From positions 68,388,001 through 68,452,000 of the forward strand of contig CM059438.1 of NCBI GenBank assembly GCA_030390025.1: a stretch of DNA of 64,000 nt. Direction: 5' to 3'. The translations under genes were made by a program, and so were the position numbers. The notes below the pieces were generated by a model. The model ran no database searches, was not told where the DNA came from, and saw only the letters and a program-made list of their open reading frames with translations. The DNA is from Squalus acanthias. Taxonomy: Eukaryota. This document shows positions 11,955 to 24,502 of the stretch, in pieces. Every line of letters begins with the position of its first letter. Position 1 is the first letter of the stretch.

Positions 11955-13050
11955 GACTGAGATGAGGAGAAATTTCTTCACTCAGAGGGTTGCGAATCTT
12001 TAGAATTCTCTACTCCAGAGGGCTGTGGATACTGACTCTATGGGCTGGATTTTGATACTGGGGACGTGATGGAGGCGGGACTCCCACTTTTTGGGTTGTA
12101 GTCCCGCCTCCATCGACTAGTGGTCAACCCATTGCATTTTCACTTGATTGACCTTGTTGAGCCCGCCCAGTGGGCTCAGCAGGCCAATTCAGGGCCACCC
12201 GGCAACAGATGACGTCACAGATTGACATTTCATCTGTCAAGAGCTTTTGACAGATGAAATATCAGCGTTTGACAGCTCTGTGAAGCTGTCAAACACTGAC
12301 AATCTGTCTTCTAACTTGAGTCCTTCCTCTCAGGCTGAGTTAGAAATCATTCCAGCACAGAAAACAGAGGCTGCAGTTTTTGACAGATCAACGACCTTTC
12401 TGCTTTCTGTGATTCCTGAGACCTGAAGGGCTGACACCTGCAGGAGGAAGTTAAGGTAAGTAAAACTTTTTCCCACACTTTACACTTACCTTACACACTT
12501 ACCTCTGCACACATGCACCCATCACTCACCTGCCCACTGGACATATCGACCCCTCCAACCCCTGCAGACCCACGGTCCGCCTCGCTAAATCAGCATGGTT
12601 CGGACCTGTCGGGAAGCCCACATTTCACGCATCAAAATAGGGATTAGGCAAAAAACTGCCTGTTAACTACCTGTTAACAGGCACTTTATTGCCACTAATC
12701 CCCTTCCCGCCTCGGGGAGGCGGGTCCCAGCACAGGTCGGGTACCCGCCTCCAGCGAAACTGGCATGGAGGCGGGTTGGGGGCGGGATGGGTTCGGGACC
12801 CCCGAAGCTGCAACTTTAACCCCCCACACGCCTCCAAACCCACCTCCACGGGTCAATGAAAATCCAGCCCATTGAGTGTATTCAAGACCTGAGATCGATA
12901 GATTTTTAGGACACTAAGGGAATCGAGGGATATGGGGATAGGGTGGGAAAGTGAAGTCGAGGTAAAAGATCAGCCATGATCTTATTGAATGGCGGCGCAG
13001 GCTCGAGGGGCCGTATAGCTTATGCCTGCTCCTATTTCTTCGTTCTTATG
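11955..13050 (+). mobile_element. CR1 LINE 3' end split by a Harbinger MITE
   Basis: aggagaaatttcttcactcagagggttg...gctgtggat resumes after the insertion as ttgagtgtattcaagac...gatcagccatgatcttattgaatggcgg...ttcttatg tail. Confidence 0.8.
12042..12870. mobile_element. Non-autonomous Harbinger-type TIR element (family M2)
   Basis: Perfect 12-bp TIR GGGCTGGATTTT / AAAATCCAGCCC; end regions homologous in reverse to 48942-49687; flanks TAT/ATT (imperfect TSD). Confidence 0.85.
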
Positions 13051-16000
13051 CTACTAACTCGTTAGAACTATATTCTGTGTCTTGCATTCTTTTTGAAGTG
13101 AATGCCAAGTTTGCTTGATATTATATGTGCCCTTCTTTGGAGTGTACTCTTAAGTGGAGATCCTTGTATATCTTGTTAAATCTGCTGTGTTTACATTGTA
13201 CTTCCTGTCTGCATGTCATCTCTTTTCCGGGAGAAATGTAGTACAGACTCCGGAGTGACCATTGATAGCAGAAGTTTGATACTTATTGCAGTACAGGAGT
13301 CAATTATTCCCCAGGGGTAATCCTGGGGCACTATCATTGACCATCCCAAGCTACAGAGGGGTAAAATAAAACCGAATTTCTGCTTCTGATTAGTATCGAG
13401 GAATACTTGCTGAAAAGGTGAATGTGTATGGCCATTAAGGAGTTGATTTCCAGTCCGTTAAGTTTATGTTTCAAATGAATTCATTTTTCCTCCTATGTTT
13501 TGTACGCTGTCAGGAATGTACAACAACTTTGCAAATCAGATGCATTACAACCAACACACAACTGAGAAGCCAATCAGAATGCACTTGCAATAATGCTGTG
13601 AATGCATTAACCACCCTAATGGGCACAAAACCAATATTTAGGGTTCAACGAGAGAGCAAGGAGATACCAAAAAACTCCTTTACTGCAGAGCATGCAGATT
13701 ATCATGGACAGGATAAGGCAACCGTGACATGTCCTCTATCAGGCAGAAAGGTAACTCACGTACAAAGGTTCCACAATTGTGGGAGGCAGTCAGCTGGAAG
13801 GTGAACTAGGCGTCTTGCACCTACATGGAAGGATGTGGAGAAGAAGGTGTCAACGTAAGCCATGAGGCTGACTGCTAAATTATTGTGCATTGATATAGAT
13901 AGCTATGTCAAATAACTTGCATCGCTATGTTATGGGTATGAATTAATTATGACACGTCACTGCAAGTTGGTATCCAAGGAAGTTGCAGATGCCAGATATA
14001 TCTGCTGAGGGACTTTCACAAAAGAGTAGAGACTTTAGAGGATCTTAATGAGTTTGAAGAAGGAACACGGGGCGGGGGGGAATCATAGATCACGGGTGAA
14101 CAATAGGGCTGAGGAAGGGCTGCCTATTGGCATTGTGGCCATAGGCCCTGCTAAGTTACTTGATTCCAGCATCATGGGGCCAGCAAGGAAACGGGAGATG
14201 TTTCCTGAGTTTGAACTGGTGAACTGGTGAACGAGTCACTTGCCTCATTGTGTACAGTGCTGCAAATTGTATCAGCCAATTGAGTGCTTTGATTCAGCAA
14301 GAGTTTTCTGTAAAATTTAATTGAACAGCACCATTGGCACCTACAGTGGGAACGTGAAGCGTGCAGGTAGTGAGTTTGGTTGGAGCACCTCAGGAATAAT
14401 TCACTGATGATGCTGAAGCAGTCCATGAAGCAATAAAGAACAGCTTCTGTACATTTGGAAGCACTGTTAGGACAAGAGAAGAGATCAATAGAAACCATTG
14501 AACAGTGGCATGGGTGTAGAACCACAGGAGCGAGTGAATGGTGATCAACTCACTGTCAGACCCTTGGCAGTGTGTGGCTGTGGACAAGTAACAACAAACA
14601 TGTATCAAAGCCTGCAGGCAACCACAGTTAGAATGGGACAGGCTATTGCTGTTACATCAATAACAATTTGGGTCTGCAGCACGTTGAAGTATGCAGCCAA
14701 TGGAATCGCAAGCAGGTCCTCGAGGCCTCTCGCAAAGCCTTCACACCTAATACTCACAGTAGCATGTGAGAAGAACACAGTCCTGAGTACATTACCACAA
14801 AGGGACATCATAGTCTATGCCTGCAAACATCCCAGGTTGTTCTCTTCTGCTGTTCTTGCTTTACCTTCTCTACTAAAGACAGAATCTTCTTTCTTTTCCA
14901 TGCTGAGTTACACATGAGGCAACCCATTCCTTCCACCGCTTTTGCATCCAGCAGATTATGCTTTGGGTTGTTTCCGGAGAGAAGACCCTTTTTATATGGA
15001 CAGGTTATTAGACTGACACTCAACTCCCTACTAGGAGAACCAGCTAGATGTGATGGGAGGGTCGCCACTCCACTCACATCAGACGCGAGTACCCCGCTGG
15101 ATGTCAACACGGTATTCAGAGATTCAGAGACCGGAACTCTCATCTCCGCTGGCTGAGGCTATCTGCAGTGGGGCTCGAACCCATAACCTTCTGACTCAGA
15201 GATGGGAATGCCACCACTGAGCCAAGGCTCACTCCAGCAAAGACAGAATGCTGCATCGATATTATGAACAAAGCTGATACCTGGCAAATCTGTACGTTAT
15301 CCATACATTAATCATTAGTTACCACTTAACAAGCAAACAAAAACTGGTCTGTGTGTGTGTGTGTGTTTGTGTGTGATACCTATTTTCTTTAAGAGAGAAG
15401 TTTTAAGAATATGACCACAGGTTAGTGACCATTCCATTAATAGCAATGCAAAAAACTACGACACCTTCGTGTACAATTGGCTTGTGCATGAGTTCTGTGC
15501 AGGGAGAAAATTAAGCCCCCTGGTGAGGACAGAATGGGGCTCGGCTATGCAACCTGCAAAGTCAGATAGCCTGCCAGCATACTACAAAGGCCCACACTTG
15601 AAGACTGACAATTTGGTGAGGTACCGCAAGACAGCCAGTTAATATCACAAATTAATATAAAACTTAATTTTAATATGATTTATCCAATTTTGTAACTGGA
15701 TGGCTGTATCCATTGCCCTGTTTACTGCTCTCAATTTTCAAGCACAAAAGATCCAATAAGATGACAAGTTGACATCTGAGAATTGGATACAGACCAGCCC
15801 TGACACAAACACTGAGAGACAATAATAGTTTATTAAAGCAGTTTGTTGTCCTCCCACGGGGCATTCCTTTTAAACTTCTCATGAGAGCACGGCTCACTGA
15901 AAGAACATTGTACAACCAGAATAAAATGTTATTTCCAGCCAGTGGTCAACTGAGCTTGAAGTCAAGCAATACTGGATTCAGCACCGAGCACTTCTAACTC

Positions 16001-17408
16001 ACTGTGCATCATTCTGGGCCAACAAAGCAGTGCGACAATGTGTAGACGAATGGGCTGGTGGCTGTGACTGCCCAAGTATGTGACAGCAGTTGGATTGTTC
16101 TGAAGTAAAATAAGCATGTAAAAGGTAGGCTTGAAGTTAGATTGAAGATAAGAGAAGACTCGCAAGTCAGATTTTTACAGCTTTTCCTAAAGTCTATCCA
16201 TCAGTAGACTCGAAGGGAATACCTCAACCTCTCTCTGGATATTTGTTTTAGGGGATTGAGGTGATTAATGGTTAAATTAAGTGATTTGTAGTTAATAATT
16301 CATCTTCCTCATGCTTAGTATTTTATTTTTGCATTTTATTTTTCGAGTTGGGTTATATTGTATTGGACTCTTTAAAAAAAAAAATGGCCACCGTCCACTT
16401 GATGGCACCGGAGGAAAGAAGAGCAAATGAATAAATGGGTTCCCAATCCATCTGCTCTGTTCATATATCAGTAGCTCTTGGCACTTATATTGTTTTTGCT
16501 TGCTATCGAGAGTGGGCTAACCCAGCATTCATGGTACGAGTGAAAGTTCTCCATCAAAAAAGTCCCAGAGGGGGAAAATAGGAGACACTGTGCCCAAATC
16601 CCACAACTGTGTGGGCTGTGAAGTGAGAAGGAGAATTCCAGGAAAACAGAATTGGAAAAAGGAAAGTAAGATGAGGAAATAAATATGAAAAACACATCCA
16701 TGCCATTTGGCTGCCGTCGGTGATTTATATAATAACAGTGACTGGGCATAAAAAGTGATCCATTGAGTGTCAAATGCTTTAGGAGTCCCTGAGGGTGTGA
16801 CAGGATTGTATATCAATGCAAGTTTGTTCTTTCTTTGAGATATTTTTGAAAAATTTCCAAAATCGAAATGAGTGATTATCACACCTTCTGAGTGTTATTG
16901 CCAATTCTGATTTACTGGAACTGCAAGTAAAGATTCGAGCACCTGTTTATAAGAAGGGCTCAGTATAAGGCAAATCCATAGGCAAGATACAGTACATCTT
17001 TGTGATTAAAACAAATTAGTAATGAGATTGTGTAAATCAGAAGAAACCAGTGCTTAGAATGTGGTTTTGACGAGCTGAATGTGATTTTTAAAATGTTATA
17101 TCCTGTAAAAACAGTAGAGAGAACGGCACTCAATCCTTGAGTATGATAAAGGATTCACTCGTATATCAGCCCTTTGACCAGTGCTGGAGAGAGATCTCCA
17201 GTACTTCTATTTACCATTGCTGGGAAAAGTTAAAGATAAGGAGGAAAGTCCTAAGTATTCTCTTTGGCTCAACCACTGACATTCGGGATGGCGTGTTGCT
17301 TCAATGACTCCCATATCAAGGAAAGGACCACCAGGGTTTTTCCAGGGTCTCCTAGGTGCGAGTGAACAGTTAAGGTAAATATGTTCAGGAAATAGGCTAC
17401 TAAGACTT

Positions 17409-19412
17409 CGGACGGAATTTTTTTTACCTGGACGGGTCAGGTCCGGGCGGTCGATGTGGCGGGTCGGGACCCCGTTCTTCTTTTCATCCCGCTCCCCAGA
17501 GCGACTTTCCCTTAATGGGGCCTATTAAGACAGGCCTGCACGTTACCCAGCCCTATTAAATGGTGCAGGTCTGATGACATCATCAATGACTCATTTCCAG
17601 CGGGATATTTAAAGGATCCTTGGCCACATTGCATTTGACGGTTTATCTAGGAGTGTTCAGGCAACACATTTCAGCATTTGTATCTTGCTCAGCCTTACAC
17701 ACAGAGACAGAGGGCTGCACAGAGACAGAGGGCTGCACCCAGGTTTTTCGATGACTCCCTACATATACGTATGGAGGGAATCAGAGCATGCAGGGGAGCC
17801 CTCTTCCCTTCTGATGGGCGCAAAAGACCTCCCCAGGAGACTAAAAGAGCCTGGCTGGAGATAGCAGAGGAAGTGAACAGTAGGGATGTGTTGAGAAGGA
17901 CCTGGGTGCAGGGCCGGAAGCGCTTCAATGATCTCATTAGATCAGGAAAGGTGAGTGCAAAGCCACACTCACCTTCATCCTGCTGTGCCTCTCATCACAT
18001 CCCCATCACTCTGCCTTCCCAAGCCAACTCCTGCACATCATTCCTCACACCAACATACCTTGCACGTTCACCCATCCTCTCTTTCTCTATCTATATTGTC
18101 ACATCCCCATCTGACTAACCACCCCTCACACTCACCCTCATCCTAATGCAATCATACCAACTAACAGCACAAAAGGAGGCCACTTAGCATTGGCACTTTG
18201 GCATTGGCACCACACTCCCTCATAGTCACCCTCTAAAGATGTAACTCTCACATTCCTTACACTCATGCCAGCACTCTCACTCAAACATCTCTTCTTTCCC
18301 TCCTTGCAGGAGAAGAGAGCCCACAATAAGAGGGAGAAGGAGAGAACCAGAGGTGGCCCTCCATCATTTGCCTCTTTGACAGCAGCAGAGGAGGTCGCCC
18401 TGGAGGTCTCAGAAGTTGCGGAGCAGCTGGCGGTGGGAGATGGAGAGAGGGGGACATCTCAGCAACCCGGTGACAGAATTACATCCCATACAGTCACCTG
18501 GCATAGAGCAGTCATTCATATGGGGACTGATGTCAGCAGCCAGTGAATGTTCATCATGTGCATGATGGTATCGTTACCCATTCTTGATATGATGTATCTA
18601 ACTCATTTCTTTACTCTCCCACTGGGCAGAACCCTCCCAGTTCTGCTCAGCTGCATGCAGATGCTCAGCCTTGGGGGCCATCGAGAAAGAGTAGCGATCC
18701 TGGAGGTGCAGCAAAAAGTGCAGGAGTCTCTGACAGATTTAGCGACTGCGATGTCTGCAAATGTGCAGAGAATGGAGGAATCCATCTCCAACAGGAGCAC
18801 CACCCGACTATAGGCTCTTCCATGGAAAGGACGGCCACCTGCAAGGAGCAGCTAATGTGCCACTCACATGAGCACATGCTATCTATGGAGAACAGATGGC
18901 AGAGGCTCATAGACCTCCTCTCTAGGAGGGATGTCAATGTAGACTTGGGTGCTCATGGCCCCACTGCTGTGCAGCAAGGTGCTCTCCAGCTCCTTGTCAG
19001 CAGGGAAGTGCGGGTGGCCCATGAGAGGGATGATGGTGAGAGAGCAACATGGAAGTGGGGGCTCCTCTCAAAGCACTCACACTTCTCCCCCATTGCCACC
19101 CCCTCAGTCAGAGCTGTAAAAACTTCTATAAGTATGTAAAAAGGAAAAGATTAGCGAAAGTAAATGTGGGTCCCTTACAGGCCGAGACAGGAGAAATTAT
19201 AATGGGGAATAAGGAAATGGCAGAGAAATTAACCCAGATGCCTCCTAGGATTGCGATGGCCGAGTCTGCCCTTGCACAGTCACAGGAGGAGCAGACTTTG
19301 GCAGGGCCATCAGAGGCTCCAAAACTCGGAGGATGTCCACCAAAAGTATCCATGCAGTCATAGCACGAAAGTGAGCAGGCTGCTGCTACCTCTGCTGAAG
19401 CCACAGGGGTAA
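17409..19412 (+). mobile_element. Harbinger family A remnant carrying the Myb/SANT-like gene only
   Basis: Left end CGGACGGAATTTT...ACCTGGACGGGTC matches the reverse complement of the right end of 28908-32245; contains Myb exons; truncated by CR1 sequence at about 19412. Confidence 0.85.
17700..19412 (+). pseudogene. Harbinger Myb/SANT-like (trihelix, NAIF1/MSANTD-like) gene, 3 exons, decayed
   Basis: Exon 1 RQRAAPRFFDDSL...KRAWLEIAEEVNS...RRTWVQGRKRFNDLIRSGK|gtgagt (ends 17950); exon 2 ttgcag|EKRAHNKREKERTRGGPP (18310-18469)|gtgaca; original ATG lost; exon 3 has stops and an inserted CR1 piece. Confidence 0.8.
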
Positions 19413-19647
19413 GCCTGAGGATTGGGAGGATTTTAGAATTCAGCAAAGGAGGACCAAGAAATTGATAAAGAAAGGGAAAATAGAATGAGTGTAAACTAGC
19501 GAGAGACATAAAAACAGACTGTAAAAGCTTCTATAGGTATGTAAAAAGGAAAAGATTAGCGAAAGTAAATGTGGGTCCCTTACAGGCTGAGACAGGAGAA
19601 ATTATAATGGGGAATAAGGAAATGGCAGAGAAATTAAACAAATGCAT
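19412..19647 (+). mobile_element. CR1 ORF2 internal fragment
   Basis: LARDIKTDCKSFYRYVKRKRLAKVNVGPLQAETGEIIMGNKEMAEKLNK, the linker between endonuclease and RT. Confidence 0.8.
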
Positions 19648-19648
19648 G

Positions 19649-21139
19649 GGGCTCGATTTTGCAGTGTGGGCGGGCTGGGGTGTGTCAGGTGGGATTCGTG
19701 TCAGGACCCTGCCTCCGAAGTGAAGTGTTGAAAAATTGCGATTTTCCCCTCATCAGGCAATTGATTTCCAGCGTGTGGGAACCCCTGGCCCAATGAGTCT
19801 TTTCATGCAGAAAGTCACCTCCGATGACATCATCTATGCTGCTGAATTTAAGGCCTGCAAGTAGCCTTGCTTCTTCTGGAGACTGGAAACGCTTTGGAAA
19901 TCGTATGAAGGATTTCATTTACCGACTATGTCCACCAGCAAGCTAAAGTGTGCATCTCACTTTGATGAGCCCTCCCTCCAAGCTCTGGTGCAGGGAGCAA
20001 AATCTAATAAGGAAGTGCTCTTCCCTTCCTCCAGGGAGAAAAAAGCCACCCCAGCAGACTAAAGCTGTGTGGCTGCAAGTGGCCGAGGAGGTCATCAACT
20101 CCATATCAATGAGCCGCAGAACTGGCTACAATGCAGGAAGAGGTTTTATGACCTTCTCCATACAGGAAAAGTGAGTATGACTTTCCCATCACCCTCAATC
20201 TGAACACCATCGCTTCTCCTCACCAGCACTCTGCTTTGCCAACCTCTTCCTCCACATCCCACTTGACACTTACATCCCTGCACCCTCACACTCTCTCTCT
20301 ATGGTCACATTCACTTAACTATTCCACCATACAGCCCTCACACTCTCTATCACTGTGATGCAATGACAACAACTTACAACACACAGGGAGGGTCCTTTGT
20401 CTCCTTCTAAGCATCTATGCTATGGATTCTCTACACTCACTCCTTCATTCTCAGTCAAACTCCACTTGTGTCCCTCATTGCAGGAAAAGAGAGCCCACAA
20501 TAAGAGGGAAAGAGCCATGACAGGAGCAGGGCCACCCTCAGTAGCCCAGCTCACCGCCTGGGAGGAGGCAGCCCTGGAAATCGCCAGGATCGAGGAGGAT
20601 TCCCAAGTGGGGGAAGGACAGAGGGGCGCATCACGGCAAGCTGGTGACAGAATAGTTTGGCTTCTCTCTCATTGACATTGCATGAGTCACTGATAATGAA
20701 TCTGATGCTCTAACAGATTGACTTATGATGATCTGCACTAGTCAATGTGCATGTAACCTTGACCTCACATCTCCAACTCTTTCCTTTACTCCCCCACAGG
20801 ACCATCGAAAGCCCCCATCTCCACTGTCCAGGAGGAAGAGCCTGAGCTTCCATACTCCTCAGAGGAAGCTGCAACCTCTGAGGGCGCAGCGTCAGCAGAA
20901 TTCAGTGCACCCAGCACCAGCGCAGACACTCACACTTCGGTGGGACCTTCGGGAGATAGAGTAGTGTTGGCACCTGGTGTATCACAGCTCACAAGTGAGC
21001 ATCAGCAGATGGTGGAGACAGGGTCAGCAGTGGAGAGTCCTCGTCGGAGGGTGCAGGACTCTGCCAGCTCGGCTCAGCTGCATGTCGACCCTGTGCCTCC
21101 GGGTCCATCCAGAAGGAGAGCGATGCTGGAACTCCAGGA
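19649..21139 (+). mobile_element. Harbinger family B remnant with 3-exon Myb/SANT-like pseudogene
   Basis: Starts GGGCTCGATTTT; colinear with 62187-63620; exon 1 ends 20170 (GK|gtgagt), exon 2 is 20484-20643 (EKRAHNKRERAMTGAGPP), exon 3 starts at 20800; truncated by CR1. Confidence 0.85.
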
Positions 21140-22530
21140 TGTTTTCTGCCCCTTGCTGTTTCTTAGCTCCACCTAAACTGATTCTACTTCTTGATTTTCG
21201 GAGCTAAGATCTTTTCTCTCTACTGTCTTTATCCCATCCTTTATTCTCAACCTTGGCCACTATGCAACCATGTCTCTGTTATGGCTATTAGATTAAACCT
21301 GTTAATTTCTATCTGCGCTATTAATTCATCTATTTTGTTGCGAATGCTTTGTGCATTCAGATATAATGCCTTTAGCTTTGACTTATTTCTATTTTTCCCT
21401 GATGTCACCTTAGTCACTGATGCCTTATTACCTTTGTTACTCTCTCTGTCCCTTCCTGACCCACTCTGCTTATTTTTATCCAAAATTCAACTCCGCTCTA
21501 GAGCCTTTACATTTCTCTCGCTGCTTTTAAATTAATCTTTCCTGAAGCCTCCCACCCCACCTTCATTAGTTTAAAGCGCTGTCTGCTGCCCTAGTTATTC
21601 GGTTCTCCAGGACACTGGTCCCAGCCCGGTTAAGTGGAGCCCGCCCCAACGGAACAGCTCCCTCTTTCCCCAGTGCTGGTGCCAGTGCCCCATGAACTGA
21701 AACCCCTTCCTCCCATACCACTCTTTGAGCCACGCATTTAAACCTCTAATCTGTTTGTCCCTATGCCAATTTGCGCGTGGGTCAGGTAACAATCCAGAGA
21801 TTACTACCCCTGAGGTTCTGCTTTTTAATTTGGATCCTAGCTCCTCAAACCCCCTCAGCAGAACCTCATTCCTAGTTCTACCTATGTCGTTGGTTCCTAC
21901 GTGGACCACGACAACTTGATCCTCCCCCTCTCACTCCAAGTTCTTCTCCAGCCACGAGGAGATGTCTTTAACCCTGGCACCGGGCAGGCAACACAACCTT
22001 TGGAACTCTCGGTCGTGGCTGCGGAGAACAGTATCTATCCCCCTGACTATACTTTCCCTACCACAACTACATTCCCTTTCACTCCCCCCACTTAAATGGC
22101 CTCCTTCACCATGGTGCCATGGTCAGCTTGCTCATCCATCCTGCAGGCTTTTCCCTCATCCACACAGTCAGCAAGAACCTCATACCTGTTGGACAAGGTC
22201 AAAGGCTGAGGCTCCTCCAGCACTGCACCTTGGCTTCCCTTACCTGCCTGCGTTGCAGTCACACCCTCCTGTCCCTGACCACTAACCAGACCTGTACCAC
22301 TACCTAACCTAAGGGTTGTGACTGCCTCCTGGATCAAAGTGTCCAGGTAACTCTCCCCATCCCTGATGCCCCGCAATGTCTGCATCTCAGACTCCAGCTC
22401 AAAAACTCTGAGCTGCAGTTCCTCAAGATGCAGGCACTTACTGCAAACGTGGTTGTCCGGGATCACAATGCTCTCCACAAACTCCCACATGCTGCAGTTG
22501 CGGCACACCACCTGCACTGCCATCCCTATA
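21140..22530 (-). mobile_element. CR1 LINE 5' region: ORF1 (zinc finger/leucine zipper plus SGNH esterase) and start of ORF2 APE endonuclease, decayed
   Basis: MAVQVVCRNCSMW...HVCSKC...LSNRYEVL; VHVGTNDIG...VVISGLLP (SGNH block III GxND); LYLNAQSIRNKIDEL...IAITETWL (APE). Confidence 0.9.
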
Positions 22531-22616
22531 TGACCTTATTTTATTTAATTAAATTTGTAATTAGGTAACTTAGTTTACAGTGTAGTTTCTTGACTACTTA
22601 CTTGATCTAGATTAAG

Positions 22617-23060
22617 TCAAAGTGACCTAAATGGCCAACCCCTTATTCTGAGACTGTGACCCCTAGTTCTAGACTCCCTAGCCAGGGCAAACATACTCCC
22701 AGCATCTACCCTGTCAAGCCCCTTAAGAATTTTATATGTTTCAATGAGATCACATGTCATTCTGCTAAACTCTAGGGAACATAGGCCTAGTCTATTCAAT
22801 CTCTCCGCATTGGACAAATCCCCATCCCAGGAACCAGTCTGGTGAACCTTCGTTGCACTCCCTCTGAGGCAAGTATATCCTACCTTATGTAAGGAGACCA
22901 AAACTGTACACAATACTCTGGGTGTGGTCTCACCAAGACCCTATATAATTGCAGTAAGACTTTACTTTCATACTACAATCCTTTTGTAATAAAGGCTAAC
23001 ATACCATTTGCTTTCTTAATTGCTTGCTGTACCTGCATATTAACTTTCTATGACATGAGA
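22617..23060 (-). mobile_element. CR1 ORF2 C-terminal fragment
   Basis: ERLNRLGLCSLE...DLIETYKILKGLDRVDA...TRGHSLRI. Confidence 0.85.
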
Positions 23061-24502
23061 TTTAGAGTTCCTTTTGAAGTCCATACTTTCTGAACTCTAT
23101 ACAATATCAAGGACAAATTTCCAATCTTTCTATTTAATTTATTTTATATTAAATTTATGCCAGATAAAGAGATTGTACACTGGGAAAGAATGAAAGAACA
23201 AGTTTATTCCACATTCAAATTGAGAAACCTAAGCCAAGGGCCAAGCCCATGTACAACACCACCAACACTGAAATAGAGTAGAGTAGAACACAGAGTAAAA
23301 CAAGAATTGATTGTGTGATAGCAAGCTTGGATTTTAGGAGCCTTAAAGTGCAGGAGGAAGGAGCAAATGAGCAAATTTGAGGTCAGATGTGAGAGGCACG
23401 GTTTTGTTCATTTTGGAAGCTGTGGTGGTCTGAATCTGAAGACAATGGACTGCCACCGTCATCACGTGAGCTTGTGAGAAAGATATGTCATGAGGTTTTC
23501 CTACTTCGTGCGAAGGATAACATGATATACATTGTGCGGATCTTGCACAATTGAGCCGAGTTAGATAATGCATGAACAAAAAGGAAAGGAAGGTGGAGTC
23601 AACATTACAATGGAAATAATTAAAATAGTGGCATTTCATGGGGAGATGTTCATTATTCTCTTGATTGCACTCAGTGTCTCCACCACAAACTCCATACCCT
23701 TGCTACCAAATCCAACCTCTCCCCAGCCACCATCTTGGGTTGAACCAGACCGTTTGATACCATGGTGTTGTGTGGTACTGTGCCTGTATAAATTATCTTT
23801 CAAGGATTGTTGATTGACTTGAGGTCAATGTTTGTCATTCTGTTCCTAAGTGTAGTCGATCTTCTCGGCCCCCATGCCTGCACTTGTCGAGGCAGTATGG
23901 AGTGGGAGAATTGGGTATCATATTCAGGTTTGGTGCAAAATTGCAAGAATAGTCCATTTACAATATCGAAGAGGTGGAATATTTTCTGTAATTTATGTTT
24001 TATATCAGAGTTATATAATGGACAGGAAGGCTATCCATGTTCTTTAGTGTAATTCATTCCTTTAAGTGAAGAGTTCATTCTTCAACATGTTGTGCTGTAC
24101 TTTTTGCATAGTCAAAGAATAAAGCTGCTTTTATACTGGTATTTGTTTGGAGAGTGCTGTGGGTGAGCTGATTCCCTGCACTTGCCTCAGTAAATCCAGC
24201 TCCCTATCCCAGTCTTTGAACAATAGAACCAGTTTCTTTGTGGGTAAATAATTCCGCAGTTGGGATAAGGGCACTGGATTCAGTTGGTTCACCCACAGCC
24301 ATCTCGTGAAAACTGAACCAAACAAGCACTAATGGAAAATTGTGTTAAAGATCTAGTGCAGCTTCTGCGAGTTGTTCATAATGCATTGGTGATGCTGTAA
24401 ATTAGTCTGTAAATGCAGTAAAATATTTTTCCAACCTTACTAAAAATGCATCTTTATCACTCAGCCTTCAGTCTGATGAAGGGTGCAAACTTAAGACATA
24501 AT

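Noticed and set aside
14855..14900. KRKKILSLVEKVK resembling a pogo/Tigger N-terminal helix-turn-helix
   Set aside because: No continuation into a CENP-B or DDE domain and no TIRs found
15168..15232. tRNA gene-like A/B boxes (also about 33840, 40770, 61756)
   Set aside because: They are SINE heads; the other copies continue into the Deu core and no complete cloverleaf is evident
21595..21909. SGNH/GDSL esterase as a captured metabolic gene
   Set aside because: An esterase domain is a known normal component of CR1 ORF1 and sits in the expected position before the APE domain
24472..24498. CTGATGAAG hammerhead-like box (and Penelope-like stubs near 11510, 56505, 59515)
   Set aside because: No intact GAAAC box or helix I pairing; too decayed to call ribozymes
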